64,000 nucleotides of DNA from an uncultured Chroococcidiopsis sp. (lineage in GTDB: Bacteria; Cyanobacteriota; Cyanobacteriia; Cyanobacteriales; Chroococcidiopsidaceae), in NCBI GenBank assembly GCA_964248365.1, contig CAXTYC010000010.1, forward strand, positions 1 to 64,000. Reading direction: 5' to 3'. The notes under the pieces were generated by a model that did not search any database, had not been told where the DNA came from, and saw only the letters and a program-made list of their open reading frames with translations. Shown in pieces: positions 52,235 to 62,264 of the stretch; the first letter of the stretch is position 1, and each line of letters opens with the position of its first letter. The position numbers and the translations under genes were made by a program.

Positions 52235-53083
52235 TTATTGACGCTCCAACCAAGTTTCTAAATCTGCTTTCGTGGTAAAATCCAATAGAGCGAGGGCTAA
52301 CTCTTCAAGCTGGTTGCTGGATAGTTGTTGAAGGCGCGATCGCAACTGTGGTTCAATTGCACCGACTCGCCGCGTAAGTAGTCTCATCACTACTGCTAAC
52401 TCTCCTTCGAGCCTTCCTTCCTCTAGCGCTTCTTGATAAACCCTAGTTTGCTTCAATTCATTTAATCCCAGCATCTGTTCTATCTCCTGCCTGCTTAATT
52501 CTGGAAACTTGTAAATCAACACCGTTTCTACTAATTCTATTATCTGGCGCTGCTGGGCAACATCTGTAGTTTCTTGTCTAGTTCTGGCAATTAGCTGTTT
52601 TGCTTGCTGCGGTGCAGTTTCTGCCTTTATACCAATCAACTGTAGTACACCTAACTCCAGCGAACACTCAGTGTAATCCACCCTCAGTTCATCCAAATAG
52701 ATGCGCTGCAAGCGAGGATTATTGGCAAAATCCTGGTACTGTAATGGTATGCCAGGATCTAAACGCCTTTTCGTGAAGATTACCACCACTCGCCAGTCAT
52801 TCATTGGACGGTAATCGTTGAGATACAGGAATATTTCGCCAAACAAGCTAGGGTAAAGATCGCCTTTTGTATCTCGATAGCCTTGAAATTCAACAAAGTA
52901 TATCGGCAGATCCCTAGCATAAATCGGCGGGACGAGAATACCATCGATGCGAAAACTAGTTTGTTTGACTTCTTGGGAAGAAAAGCTGTAGGTTGATGCT
53001 CTTGGATCTGTATTGCCAAGTAGCTCGAACAAAACGCCAGGACTATTTTGAAATAGCTGGTAAAACAGGCTATCTGTTTGCAC
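52235..53083 (-). CDS. Rpn family nuclease-like protein (DUF2887-like N-terminus, DUF4351-like C-terminus)
   Basis: TDSLFYQLF, EVKQTSFRIDG, YFVEFQ, LKQTRVYQEA and QLEELALALLDF...DLETWL motifs. Confidence 0.9.
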   Translation of the reverse strand: MQTDSLFYQLFQNSPGVLFELLGNTDPRASTYSFSSQEVKQTSFRIDGILVPPIYARDLPIYFVEFQGYRDTKGDLYPSLFGEIFLYLNDYRPMNDWRVVVIFTKRRLDPGIPLQYQDFANNPRLQRIYLDELRVDYTECSLELGVLQLIGIKAETAPQQAKQLIARTRQETTDVAQQRQIIELVETVLIYKFPELSRQEIEQMLGLNELKQTRVYQEALEEGRLEGELAVVMRLLTRRVGAIEPQLRSRLQQLSSNQLEELALALLDFTTKADLETWLERQ

Positions 53084-53199
53084 AAGGCTGTAATCGAAAA
53101 CAATAATGGGGCAATCTTACCCCAGAATATGCACGAGCTATTATTTTATCCTTAGTGCATTGCTTATAGGATAGCAATCGTATTAACCATCTACCCGAA

Positions 53200-54096
53200 T
53201 TATTGACGCTCCAACCAAGTTTCTAAGTCGGCTTTCGTGGTAAAGTCAAGCAAAGCGAGGGCTAATTCTTCAAGCTGGGTGCTAGATAGTTGTTGTAGGC
53301 GCGATCGCAACTGGGGTTCAATTGCACCAACTCGCCGTGTGAGTAGTTTCATCACTACTGCCAACTTTCCTTCGAGTCTTCCTTCAAGCCTGCCTGCGAG
53401 TCTTCCTTCGAGTCTTCCTTGCTCAAGCCCTTCTTCTAGCGCCTCTTGATAAACTCTTGTCTGCTTCAATTCATTTAATCCCAGCATTTGCTCTATCTCC
53501 TGCCTACTTCTTTCGGGGAACTTGTAAATCAACACCGTTTCTACTAATTCTAGAATTTTGCGCTGTTGGGCGGCATCAGTGAGTTCCTCTGTTGTTCTGG
53601 CAATTAACTTTCTCGCTTGTTCTGGGGCGTAGTCAAGCTTAACTCCAATCAATTTGAGTACGCCTAACTCCAATGAACTCTCAGCCTCATCGATTGTCAA
53701 TTCGTCCAAATAGATGCGTTGCAATCGTGGATTCTTAGCAAATTCCTCGTAGTGTCGTGGTATGCCAGGATCTAAGCTTTTCTTGGTAAAAATCACTACT
53801 GCCCGCCAATCATTTACGGGGCGGTAGTCATTCAGATACAGAAATATCTCACCCAACAAGCTGGGATAGAGATCACCTTTTGTATCTCGGTAGCCTTGAA
53901 CTTCAACAAAGTAAATGGGCAGATCCCTAGCATAAATCGGCGGGACGAGAATACCATCGATGCGAAAACTAGTTTGTTTGACTTCTTGGGAAGAAAAGCT
54001 GTAGGTTGATGTTCTTGGATCTGTGTTGCCAAGTAGCTCGAACAAAACGCTGGGACTATTTTGAAATAGCTGGTAAAACAGGCTATCCGTTTGCAC
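53200..54096 (-). CDS. Rpn family nuclease-like protein, tandem paralog
   Basis: Same motifs, with a (GRLE)n linker 16 aa longer. Confidence 0.9.
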   Translation of the reverse strand: MQTDSLFYQLFQNSPSVLFELLGNTDPRTSTYSFSSQEVKQTSFRIDGILVPPIYARDLPIYFVEVQGYRDTKGDLYPSLLGEIFLYLNDYRPVNDWRAVVIFTKKSLDPGIPRHYEEFAKNPRLQRIYLDELTIDEAESSLELGVLKLIGVKLDYAPEQARKLIARTTEELTDAAQQRKILELVETVLIYKFPERSRQEIEQMLGLNELKQTRVYQEALEEGLEQGRLEGRLAGRLEGRLEGKLAVVMKLLTRRVGAIEPQLRSRLQQLSSTQLEELALALLDFTTKADLETWLERQ

Positions 54097-54224
54097 TGGG
54101 AGACGATCTCAAACAAGGAATGACACGGCAGGTTGCTCCTATTAACATTACCTGATTAGCCTTGCCTTGTCCCCCGCAGTCCTAAAACAATTACTGATGA
54201 GTTTGCAACGTTTGTTACCAAGCC

Positions 54225-54290
54225 TGCTGTTGAGGAAAAATCTGTTCTCAACGGCTACAGCAAAACTTGAGTATAGTAGAGCAATTTTTT
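54225..54290 (+). pseudogene. vapC remnant
   Basis: TGTTCTCAACGGC..GCAAAACTTGAGTATAGTAGAGCAATT (~54243-54285) matches vapC ~50198-50241. Confidence 0.6.
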
Positions 54291-54300
54291 AGTAGGATCA

Positions 54301-54412
54301 AATTATTGATGGTGGGCAATGCCCACCCTACAGCTGCTTCCGTGGTAAAATGCATCAAAGCAAGGCTGACTCTTCAAACTGGGTGCTGGATAACTGCTAA
54401 TGACGCGATCGC
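54301..54412 (-). pseudogene. DUF4351-like remnant with an inserted REP
   Basis: Degenerate match to the Rpn 3' end from HIP1 (54405-54412) to the stop; REP GGTGGGCAATGCCCACCCTAC at 54311-54331. Confidence 0.7.
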
Positions 54413-54492
54413 GCAGACATCCAGATGCATTGAAAATAAACCGAATTATGAGCTGACAAAAGGGGATCAATATTAGCTTTTTCACCATCCAC

Positions 54493-54888
54493 CTACGCAT
54501 CAATTACGGCAATACAATCAATCTCCACCAACACATCCTTCGGCAACCGAGAAACCTGGACACAAGCACGAGCAGGAGCAGTTGACTCATCAAAATATTG
54601 AGCATAAACAGCATTCATCGCGGCAAAATCATTCATATCTGCCAAAAAAACCGTTGTTTTCGCCACATCCGAGAAAGTAGCCCCAGCTGCTACCAATATC
54701 GCTTGCAGATTTGCCATCACCTGCTTCGTCTGCTGCAACACATCCCCTCCTCCCACAATTTCACCCGTATTCGGATCAAGTGGAATTTGCCCAGCCACAA
54801 ACACCATTTTCCCACTAGCTGCGATCGCCTGATTATAAGGTCCCACCGGAGCCGGAGCCTGATCAGTACAAATAACCTCTCTGTTCAT
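54493..54888 (-). CDS. ridA: RidA/YjgF family enamine deaminase
   Basis: GPYNQA, AGQIP, PARAC and LVEID motifs. Confidence 0.92.
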   Translation of the reverse strand: MNREVICTDQAPAPVGPYNQAIAASGKMVFVAGQIPLDPNTGEIVGGGDVLQQTKQVMANLQAILVAAGATFSDVAKTTVFLADMNDFAAMNAVYAQYFDESTAPARACVQVSRLPKDVLVEIDCIAVIDA

Positions 54889-55003
54889 CTTCTTCCTCTG
54901 CGTTTCCCTGGGGTTTAAACCCCAGGCTAGTGTCTAACACGCTATCGCGCTAACGGCTTCGCCTTCGCCTGCGGCTGGCGCTTCGCTGGGGCGCTTCGTT
55001 CCC

Positions 55004-55435
55004 TTAACCCAACCTCGGTCGTATCCCATAGAACCGATAATGGCAATAATCCCGCATAATGCGATCGTGGTCAAAGCACAATTGCTCTGGTATCCGCCAA
55101 GATTCAAAAATCTCAACCCAGTTAGCATCATCCCCAGCCTTGGGTTCCCCCTTTGCCGTTGCCAAAAACACCACACTCATAGTGTGCTGCCGAGGATCAC
55201 GACTAGGATCAGAGTATACATGAAACTGTTCCACTAGCTCCACTGCCAAACCCGTCTCTTCCTGTGCTTCTCGTCGTGCTGCTACCTCAGCTGACTCACC
55301 ATAATCAATAAAACCCCCTGGAAGCGCCCAACCTGCGGGGGGATTTTGACGCTCGATCAAGATAATTGGTCGGTGTGGTCGGTCAACCAGTTCAATAATA
55401 ATGTCAACAGTAGGAACAGGATTGCGGTAACTCAT
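55004..55435 (-). CDS. NUDIX hydrolase
   Basis: [23 protein letters not shown]udix box. Confidence 0.95.
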   Translation of the reverse strand: MSYRNPVPTVDIIIELVDRPHRPIILIERQNPPAGWALPGGFIDYGESAEVAARREAQEETGLAVELVEQFHVYSDPSRDPRQHTMSVVFLATAKGEPKAGDDANWVEIFESWRIPEQLCFDHDRIMRDYCHYRFYGIRPRLG

Positions 55436-55646
55436 TGATATTTTGCTTTTGAATACATAATATTAAACTCTAATGTGAGACTTTACTTGCCATTTCTAAC
55501 TGGGGCGATCGCCCCAAAGTGAATAAGCGGTGTAGAGGCAATTCCTCTATCTGCACTTATCTGAAAATCTGGACAGGGGAAGATTTCAAACTAATACTGG
55601 GCGTGATAAATTCAGTGGCGATTTTCCCCTCTTGATTAATTTCTCT

Positions 55647-57161
55647 ATGCCTTCTCCCAGATGCGCTGGTATTTTGCTTCATCCTACTTCCTTCCCTAGC
55701 CGCTTTGGTATTGGCGACTTAGGCTGGGAAGCTTACCGTTTCGTTGACTTTTTATTCAAAAGCTACCAGCAATTGTGGCAAGTATTGCCAGTAGGACCGA
55801 CAGGGTACGGCAATTCCCCTTATGCTTCTTATTCGGCAATGGCTGGAAATCCTATGCTGATTAGTCCTGACAAACTACGGGACGAAGCGTTGCTCAGTGA
55901 GGAGGACTTTGCCAATCTCCCAGAGTTTCCCCATGAACGAGTAGATTATGAGCAAGTGGTGCAGATTAAGACACCTCTGCTCAAACAAGCCTTCGGGAAC
56001 TTTAAAAATAGGGCAACGCCAATGCAGCAGCAAGAATTTGCTGGTTTCTGTGAAACCAAAGCTTATTGGCTCGATGACTACGCCTTGTTTATGGCGCTCA
56101 AAGACGCTCATGAGGGAGCAAGCTGGCATACTTGGAAACCAGAAATTGCCCGCCGTCAACCAGAAGCCCTGGAACAGTGGCGAGTGCAACTCAATGATAA
56201 GATATTCTACTACAAATTCATTCAGTTTGAATTCTTTCGCCAGTGGTCGCAGCTAAGGAGCTATGCGAATATGCACGGCATCCAAATTATTGGCGATATT
56301 CCCATTTACGTTGCTCATGACAGTGCCGATGTGTGGGCGCATCCTGAAATTTTTTGTTTGAATGAAGAAACGGGCGAAGCGGCACTGATGGCAGGAGTAC
56401 CGCCAGATTACTTTAGCGCCACTGGTCAACTGTGGGGCAATCCAATTTATAACTGGGAGGAATTACAAAAACAAGACTTTAAGTGGTGGGTGCAACGCTT
56501 TGAGGCGATGCTCGATTATGTGGATGTTATTCGGATTGACCACTTCCGAGGCTTTCAGGCTTACTGGGTGGTAAAGCAAGGGGAAACCACTGCTATGAAT
56601 GGAAGTTGGGTTGAAGCGCCTGGAGAAGCTTTGTTTGAGGCGATCGCTCAAAAGTTAGGCAAGTTACCTGTGTTAGCCGAGGACTTGGGTGTGATTACGC
56701 CCGAAGTGGAAGCACTGCGCGACAAGTTTGAATTTCCTGGCATGAAAATTTTGCAGTTTGCTTTTGGTTCAGATCCAGGTAATCCTTACTTGCCCTTCAA
56801 CTATTCCCGCAACTGTGTTGTATACACTGGGACTCACGATAATGATACCACAGTAGGCTGGTTCAGTCAAGCTTCTGACTACGAAAAGCATAAATTGTGG
56901 CTTTATTTGGGTTGCATGAGTAATGACGGCATTCAATGGGATATGATCCGGCTAGCTTTGAGTAGTGTAGCTAATCAGGCGATTATTCCACTACAAGATG
57001 TGCTGGGATTAGGAACACAGGCGCGGATGAATGTTCCAAGTAAAGCAGACGGAAACTGGGGATGGCGGTATCAGCCAGATGCTCTGACAGAGGAATTAGG
57101 CGATCGCCTCAAAATCCTAACTGAAACTTTTGGTCGCGCACCGCAAATGAGGGGCGCTTAG
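55647..57161 (+). CDS. malQ: 4-alpha-glucanotransferase
   Basis: LHPTS, GVPPDYFS..GQLWGNP, RIDHFRG, AEDLG and YTGTHDN motifs. Confidence 0.97.
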   Translation: MPSPRCAGILLHPTSFPSRFGIGDLGWEAYRFVDFLFKSYQQLWQVLPVGPTGYGNSPYASYSAMAGNPMLISPDKLRDEALLSEEDFANLPEFPHERVDYEQVVQIKTPLLKQAFGNFKNRATPMQQQEFAGFCETKAYWLDDYALFMALKDAHEGASWHTWKPEIARRQPEALEQWRVQLNDKIFYYKFIQFEFFRQWSQLRSYANMHGIQIIGDIPIYVAHDSADVWAHPEIFCLNEETGEAALMAGVPPDYFSATGQLWGNPIYNWEELQKQDFKWWVQRFEAMLDYVDVIRIDHFRGFQAYWVVKQGETTAMNGSWVEAPGEALFEAIAQKLGKLPVLAEDLGVITPEVEALRDKFEFPGMKILQFAFGSDPGNPYLPFNYSRNCVVYTGTHDNDTTVGWFSQASDYEKHKLWLYLGCMSNDGIQWDMIRLALSSVANQAIIPLQDVLGLGTQARMNVPSKADGNWGWRYQPDALTEELGDRLKILTETFGRAPQMRGA

Positions 57162-57282
57162 GTTGGGGACTGGGGGCTTGGGAGAGTGGGAGAGGGGGAG
57201 AGGGGGAGAGGGGGAGAAATTATGAATTGCCTTTTCCCTTTTCCCTAGCCCCTAGCCCCTAGCCCCTAGTCCCTAGCCCGCA

Positions 57283-58077
57283 TTAAAGCTTCGTATTGGG
57301 AACAAAGGTTACTTCTTGCACTTGACCTGGCTGTCCCAGTGGCTTGGCTTCTTTCTGCTCGACAGTAGACACTAGCACTCCCCCTGCATTACCGACTCTT
57401 ACTTTTAGTTGTTCGTTTGCTACCCAAGTGCGTTGGGTTCCTTGTGGTAGCAGCCCTTCAAATTGCTTTTTTCCGTCAGCTACTACCCTAATCCACGATT
57501 CGTCTTTCAAAGTAACGCCAATCTGAACTGGTTTGTTGGTTTTGCTAGGAGCATTGACAGTTTTTACCTTTTGTGTATGCGGCGGTTTTGGCTTGGCAGT
57601 AGCAGAAATTGCTGGCTGTTTTTGCGGCACAGTGTTAGTGACTTGCATCTCGGAACGATTTAATGTTTGAGATAAGGCGCTCACTGTGCCAACAATCACA
57701 AGGATGTATAGCACGTAAAGATGAGTAGTGTGTAACTGAGCTGCGGGTAGAGGTCGGCTAACAGGTTTGGTAATCGGTTGGCGATCGCTAGTAGGAAAGC
57801 TGCTTGCCAACTGTGTTCCATCTAAACCGAGTGTTTCTGCATATTTCTTAATAAAACTTTGAATATAAACTGGCTCTGGCAGTTGATCTAGCCTACCCGC
57901 TTCAATTGCTTGTAAAAAACGCGATCGAATGCGAGTTAGAGCTTCGACTTGGTCTAAAGACAGTTGTTTTTCTTGACGTTTTAGGCGCAGTGTAGACCCG
58001 ATCTGTGCTAGCTTTTCGGCTGGAGGTTCCTCAAGGGTCTGTACTGACTGATGCTGCTGCTTTTTCCACCACTTCAT
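57283..58077 (-). CDS. rodZ: RodZ-like protein (HTH, TM, C-terminal domain)
   Basis: N-terminal HTH (LPEPVYIQSFIKKYA), a TM helix, SWIRVVADG and GNAGGV. Confidence 0.8.
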   Translation of the reverse strand: MKWWKKQQHQSVQTLEEPPAEKLAQIGSTLRLKRQEKQLSLDQVEALTRIRSRFLQAIEAGRLDQLPEPVYIQSFIKKYAETLGLDGTQLASSFPTSDRQPITKPVSRPLPAAQLHTTHLYVLYILVIVGTVSALSQTLNRSEMQVTNTVPQKQPAISATAKPKPPHTQKVKTVNAPSKTNKPVQIGVTLKDESWIRVVADGKKQFEGLLPQGTQRTWVANEQLKVRVGNAGGVLVSTVEQKEAKPLGQPGQVQEVTFVPNTKL

Positions 58078-58085
58078 ATTTTTAT

Positions 58086-58874
58086 TTATTGCACTCCTTG
58101 ACGTATCAAGTGCTGCTTCTTTCGTGTCAGTTTAATCTGCTCTTGCAAAAAGTCCAGTTCAACAGGGCCCAGAGAACGATATTTACCCATAGGTAACGCT
58201 GCTGCTTTTGTTGGTTGTAATTGAATCGAACCAATAGCGGTGCGATGTAGTTTAATCACCGGATAGCCCAACTGCTCAGTCATGCGGCGAATTTGTCGAT
58301 TTCTCCCCTCCCATAAAACGATTTCCAAAAGAGTTTGGTTAGCATCTTGCTCAAGTAGGCGCACTTGAGCTGGTAGGGTTTTTCTGCTATCTAAGACAAC
58401 ACCTTGTCGCCACTGTTGTAACACTGATTTTGGTGGATGTCCTTGCACCACAACATGATAAGTTTTGGGAATATTGTGACGCGGATGAGTGAGGGCAAAT
58501 GTCAATTCTCCATCATTTGTTAGCAGCAACGCTCCTGTAGAGTCTACATCCAAGCGTCCAACAGGATGAATCCCCTGACTCTTTCGCAGGTGGGGTGGCA
58601 ATAGATCTATCACAGTAGGACGTGATTGTGGATCATCACAGGTGGATACAACTCCAGCAGGTTTGTTGAGTAAAAGATAAATCAGCTGGGGACGATGGAG
58701 TGGTTGAATTAGCTTGCCATCGACCTCGATCGCATCCTCAAGAGGATCGGCTTTTTGCCCTAGTTGGGCAAAAATTCCATTACACCGCACACGCCCAGCT
58801 AAAATCATAGCTTCTGCCCCCCGACGTGAAGCGATCCCCCATTGGGAAAGAATTTTTTGTAGCCGTTCCTCCAT
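58086..58874 (-). CDS. rRNA pseudouridine synthase (RsuA/RluB family)
   Basis: S4 domain ERLQK..SRR, GRLD and EGRNRQIRR motifs. Confidence 0.95.
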   Translation of the reverse strand: MEERLQKILSQWGIASRRGAEAMILAGRVRCNGIFAQLGQKADPLEDAIEVDGKLIQPLHRPQLIYLLLNKPAGVVSTCDDPQSRPTVIDLLPPHLRKSQGIHPVGRLDVDSTGALLLTNDGELTFALTHPRHNIPKTYHVVVQGHPPKSVLQQWRQGVVLDSRKTLPAQVRLLEQDANQTLLEIVLWEGRNRQIRRMTEQLGYPVIKLHRTAIGSIQLQPTKAAALPMGKYRSLGPVELDFLQEQIKLTRKKQHLIRQGVQ

Positions 58875-59177
58875 TGGCATCTCCACCAAGGTACTACCAA
58901 TATATAGCAATCTCCTAACCGTCATGGAATACTGCGATAGTTGTCAATAGTCAATAGTCATTAGTCCTTTGTAACTACAAATGACAAAGGACTAATGACT
59001 ATTGACAGCCAGCATGGAAGATTTACAAATCTAAGCGGGTTACTATATTTGCATTGTTTTCACCTGATGTGTAGAAATATTACAATTACCCTCCTTAGCG
59101 CTCTTGCTCTCATATTTCATTTGAAAAAGAATATATGATTCGCAGCAGTTGCACCCTACCGATTAACTAACTAACAG

Positions 59178-59888
59178 TTGATGAGGCATAACTTGGACAA
59201 AGACGCTACGCCAAAGCAAAGTCGGCTAATTAGCAAGGTGCTGTCGCCTGCACTGAAGCTATTCTTGCGATCGCAAGTAGAACAAGTCTCCCATCTAGAA
59301 GTAAAAATTAGCGGGGGCAATCGGCAAATTTTCACGGGTAGTATTCCACAAGTAAGTATCTGGGCTAACCACGTCATATATCAAGGCTTGCATCTAGCAC
59401 AGGTTCAGCTAGTGGGGAATGGTATTCGCATCAACTTAGGTCAAGTTCTCAAAGGTCAGCCCTTGCGACTTGTAGAACCTGTACTCGTCTATGGTGAACT
59501 GCTTTTGCATGAAGCTGATCTAAATGCTTCCCTCCAGTCGCGCTTGTTGTCTGATGGTTTAACCGAGTTATTGCAAATGCTACTTCCAGCAAATTACTCA
59601 CTAAAGGGGCAAGTTAGCTGGCGCAAAATTACTCTTGCGTCAAACCACCTGACATTAATAGGCGACTTAGGAGATTATAGTAGAAAAATGTCTTTATTAC
59701 TGCGTTGTGGTTTACAGCTAGTGAATTGCCATGAACTACAACTAACTCAGATCCAACTGCAAACCCCAGATATAAACCAGGAAAAGTTAGATCTCTCAAT
59801 AGATTTAGGTTCACAAGTCAATTTACAAGAATTAACTTTGCATCCAGGTAAGTTAGTGTGTCGCGGTAGCATTACTGTCATGCCCTAA
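59178..59888 (+). CDS. DUF2993/LmeA-like protein
   Basis: LRSQVEQV...YQGL...INLGQVLKG.PLRL...DLNASL pattern. Confidence 0.75.
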   Translation: MMRHNLDKDATPKQSRLISKVLSPALKLFLRSQVEQVSHLEVKISGGNRQIFTGSIPQVSIWANHVIYQGLHLAQVQLVGNGIRINLGQVLKGQPLRLVEPVLVYGELLLHEADLNASLQSRLLSDGLTELLQMLLPANYSLKGQVSWRKITLASNHLTLIGDLGDYSRKMSLLLRCGLQLVNCHELQLTQIQLQTPDINQEKLDLSIDLGSQVNLQELTLHPGKLVCRGSITVMP

Positions 59889-60080
59889 ACTAGGGGCTAG
59901 AAAAAGGGAAAAGGGGAAAGGTAAAAGGGAAAAGGTAAAAGGGAAAAGGTAAAAGCAACAAGTATAAATTAACAATTCTCCCCCTCTCCCCCTAATCCCC
60001 ACAACGCGAGTGAAGAGCGAGTTCCCCTTTTCCCACACTCCCCCTAGCCTCTAGCCTCTAGCCTAAGCGCCCCTTTGCCC

Positions 60081-60959
60081 CTAGCCTCCAATAGAAGCGA
60101 TCAGTGGTAGAAGTAAGGTGACAAAATAGTAAACTAAAGGAGCTGTAAAGACGTAGCTATCAGCGCGGTCTAAGATGCCGCCGTGACCTGGGATCAGTTG
60201 TCCTGAATCCTTGACTCCAGCATCGCGTTTCATCATTGACTCGGTAAGGTCGCCTAACAAGCTAGCAATGCCAATTAGCAAACCCAAAGCTAGACCAGAC
60301 CAAGGCGAAGCAGACCAATCTAAATACCAAGCTCCCGCAGAGGCTACAGCTACACTGGCGGTCACTCCAAATGCAGCACCTTCAACGGTCTTTTTAGGGC
60401 TGATATTGGAAAGCTGGGTACGACCGAAGAATTTGCCAATGAAATAAGCGCCGATATCTGCTGCCCAGATGCATAAGAAGGTGAGCATTGTAGCTGTTAG
60501 ACCTTGAGGCAGTGCATTGATATTTGTCCAAGTGGTTGGTAAGTAACCTCCTAAAGGTAGATTGCTAACGGCGGCACTATCAAGCGATCGCAATCGAATC
60601 CAATAGCTGGGTAAATAACCACCATAAAATAGCCCTAAAATTGAGGTGGAAATATCAGCGATCGTCGCTAATTTCGGTTGAAACAGCAGATAAAAACAAA
60701 TAAATGTTCCTGCCACTGGCATCACAGCATCAGCTAAAGTGGAAGAAACCGTAGCAATTATCAGCAAGGCTTGGCTGACTGCTAAGGTAGTTTTAGCAGC
60801 AGGTGCAATTCCCTTGGCTCGCACTAGCTGAAAATATTCCTGTTGACCTAAATAAACAATGACCGCAAACATCAGGGTGAAATACCACCCCCCTAATATG
60901 CTGGCTGTGAAAGCGACGGCGATCGCAACTATTCCACTAACAATCCGAGTCCAGGGCAT
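60081..60959 (-). CDS. cdsA: Phosphatidate cytidylyltransferase
   Basis: ISPKKTVEG and KRDAGVKDSG..IPGHGGILDR motifs. Confidence 0.96.
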   Translation of the reverse strand: MPWTRIVSGIVAIAVAFTASILGGWYFTLMFAVIVYLGQQEYFQLVRAKGIAPAAKTTLAVSQALLIIATVSSTLADAVMPVAGTFICFYLLFQPKLATIADISTSILGLFYGGYLPSYWIRLRSLDSAAVSNLPLGGYLPTTWTNINALPQGLTATMLTFLCIWAADIGAYFIGKFFGRTQLSNISPKKTVEGAAFGVTASVAVASAGAWYLDWSASPWSGLALGLLIGIASLLGDLTESMMKRDAGVKDSGQLIPGHGGILDRADSYVFTAPLVYYFVTLLLPLIASIGG

Positions 60960-61140
60960 GACTAAAATTATGAAGTGTGAAGTGTGAAGTTAGAAGTATT
61001 AAGTATTAAGTGTGAAGTGTGTAAGCGTTGCGGCGCTTTGGGAGCTTGTCGGAAGTATAAACTTTTATCCTTCAAACTTCAGCTTTTATCCTTCAGCCTT
61101 GATCGAGCATCCTTTATCCTTCAGCCTTCATACTTCCGAT

Positions 61141-61743
61141 TTAGTCTAACTTCTCTCCACTGAGAATAAAAATAGGGTCAATGGCGGCAAAGGTTTGCTG
61201 GCTTCCCCGCATCTCTAAGCGGTTAACAGCCGACTGAACAACTTCGATATTGCGAGCTTGCAACTGTGCCAAGGTTTGAGAGATAGCGTATAAACTTTCA
61301 AGATTACTCGCTGTGGCAACAACTCTACCTTGAAGGGGCAAGTAACGCCAAACTTCTGTAAGGATTTCTTTGATTGGACGACCACCCTCAATACAGACAC
61401 GGTGAGGAGTTTGGGGTAAGGAAGGTAGACAATCTGGGGCGATCGCTTCAATCACTTCTACATTTTGCACATTAAAGCGATCGCAGTTACGACGGATCAG
61501 ATTAGCTACTTCTTCATCTCGTTCGACAGCGATAATCCGCGCTTGGGGACACAATAACCCAATTTCTACAGGAATTGTACCCGTTCCCGCGCCAATATCC
61601 CACACCAGCGACTTTGGTTGTAGCCGCAGGTGTGAAATCAACAGCAGCCGAATTTCACGCTGCGACAAAGGAATCCCTGGTAGGTGATCGAATAAATCAT
61701 CAGGGATGCCTGGGGTAATGTATGGCCAGATTTCGGAAGGCAT
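61141..61743 (-). CDS. cbiT: Precorrin-6Y C5,15-methyltransferase subunit CbiT
   Basis: PGIPDDLF...REIR and the WDIGAGTG SAM motif. Confidence 0.9.
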   Translation of the reverse strand: MPSEIWPYITPGIPDDLFDHLPGIPLSQREIRLLLISHLRLQPKSLVWDIGAGTGTIPVEIGLLCPQARIIAVERDEEVANLIRRNCDRFNVQNVEVIEAIAPDCLPSLPQTPHRVCIEGGRPIKEILTEVWRYLPLQGRVVATASNLESLYAISQTLAQLQARNIEVVQSAVNRLEMRGSQQTFAAIDPIFILSGEKLD

Positions 61744-62057
61744 AGAAAAATGTAGGTATCCCCTTCGTTACAGTAGCAGAATACAGCGCCTTTCAAATTG
61801 CAACTTTTCAAGTTGATTGACTTCCTTTGACAGGCGTTAAATCGAGCGCTTTTTAGGTCTATACTTTGCAATTCCAAACCCTCTCAAGGTAAAGCGTACT
61901 CCAAAATGATTTACCGAAAATTTCGCTCACCAGTAGCATATTGCCTCAGCAGTTCATCTTTAGTCAAAATTTATCAGAATGTACTAGGAGGGAATTTCTT
62001 TGGAGCTAGCTATCAACTATTATTGTCTATTGAGTGAAATTGCATGAAAGAAGCACG

Positions 62058-62264
62058 ATGACTATTTGGGTAAACGAACAGATTGATCCGTCTGGTATGA
62101 TCCATGCTTGTATTGCCTGCTGTGATGAAACCCAGGCAAATGCTTGTCACCTGTCCTATGAACAGAATTTGACAGATACCCAAAAAGCATCTGGTTGGGT
62201 GGCGCGGCTGCGAACAGTTGATTCGTGGGATGATGTACCAGTCAATGCGCTGAAATTAGATTGA
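62058..62264 (+). CDS. Small cyanobacterial protein of unknown function
   Basis: MTIWVNEQIDPSG...SWDDVPVNALKLD, 68 aa. Confidence 0.75.
   Translation: MTIWVNEQIDPSGMIHACIACCDETQANACHLSYEQNLTDTQKASGWVARLRTVDSWDDVPVNALKLD

Noticed and set aside
54907..55003. GC-rich hairpin cluster between ridA and the NUDIX gene as an ncRNA
   Set aside because: Composed of small dispersed repeats (CCTGGGGTTTAAACCCCAGG, with a related copy at ~41683-41704, and GCTTCGC units).
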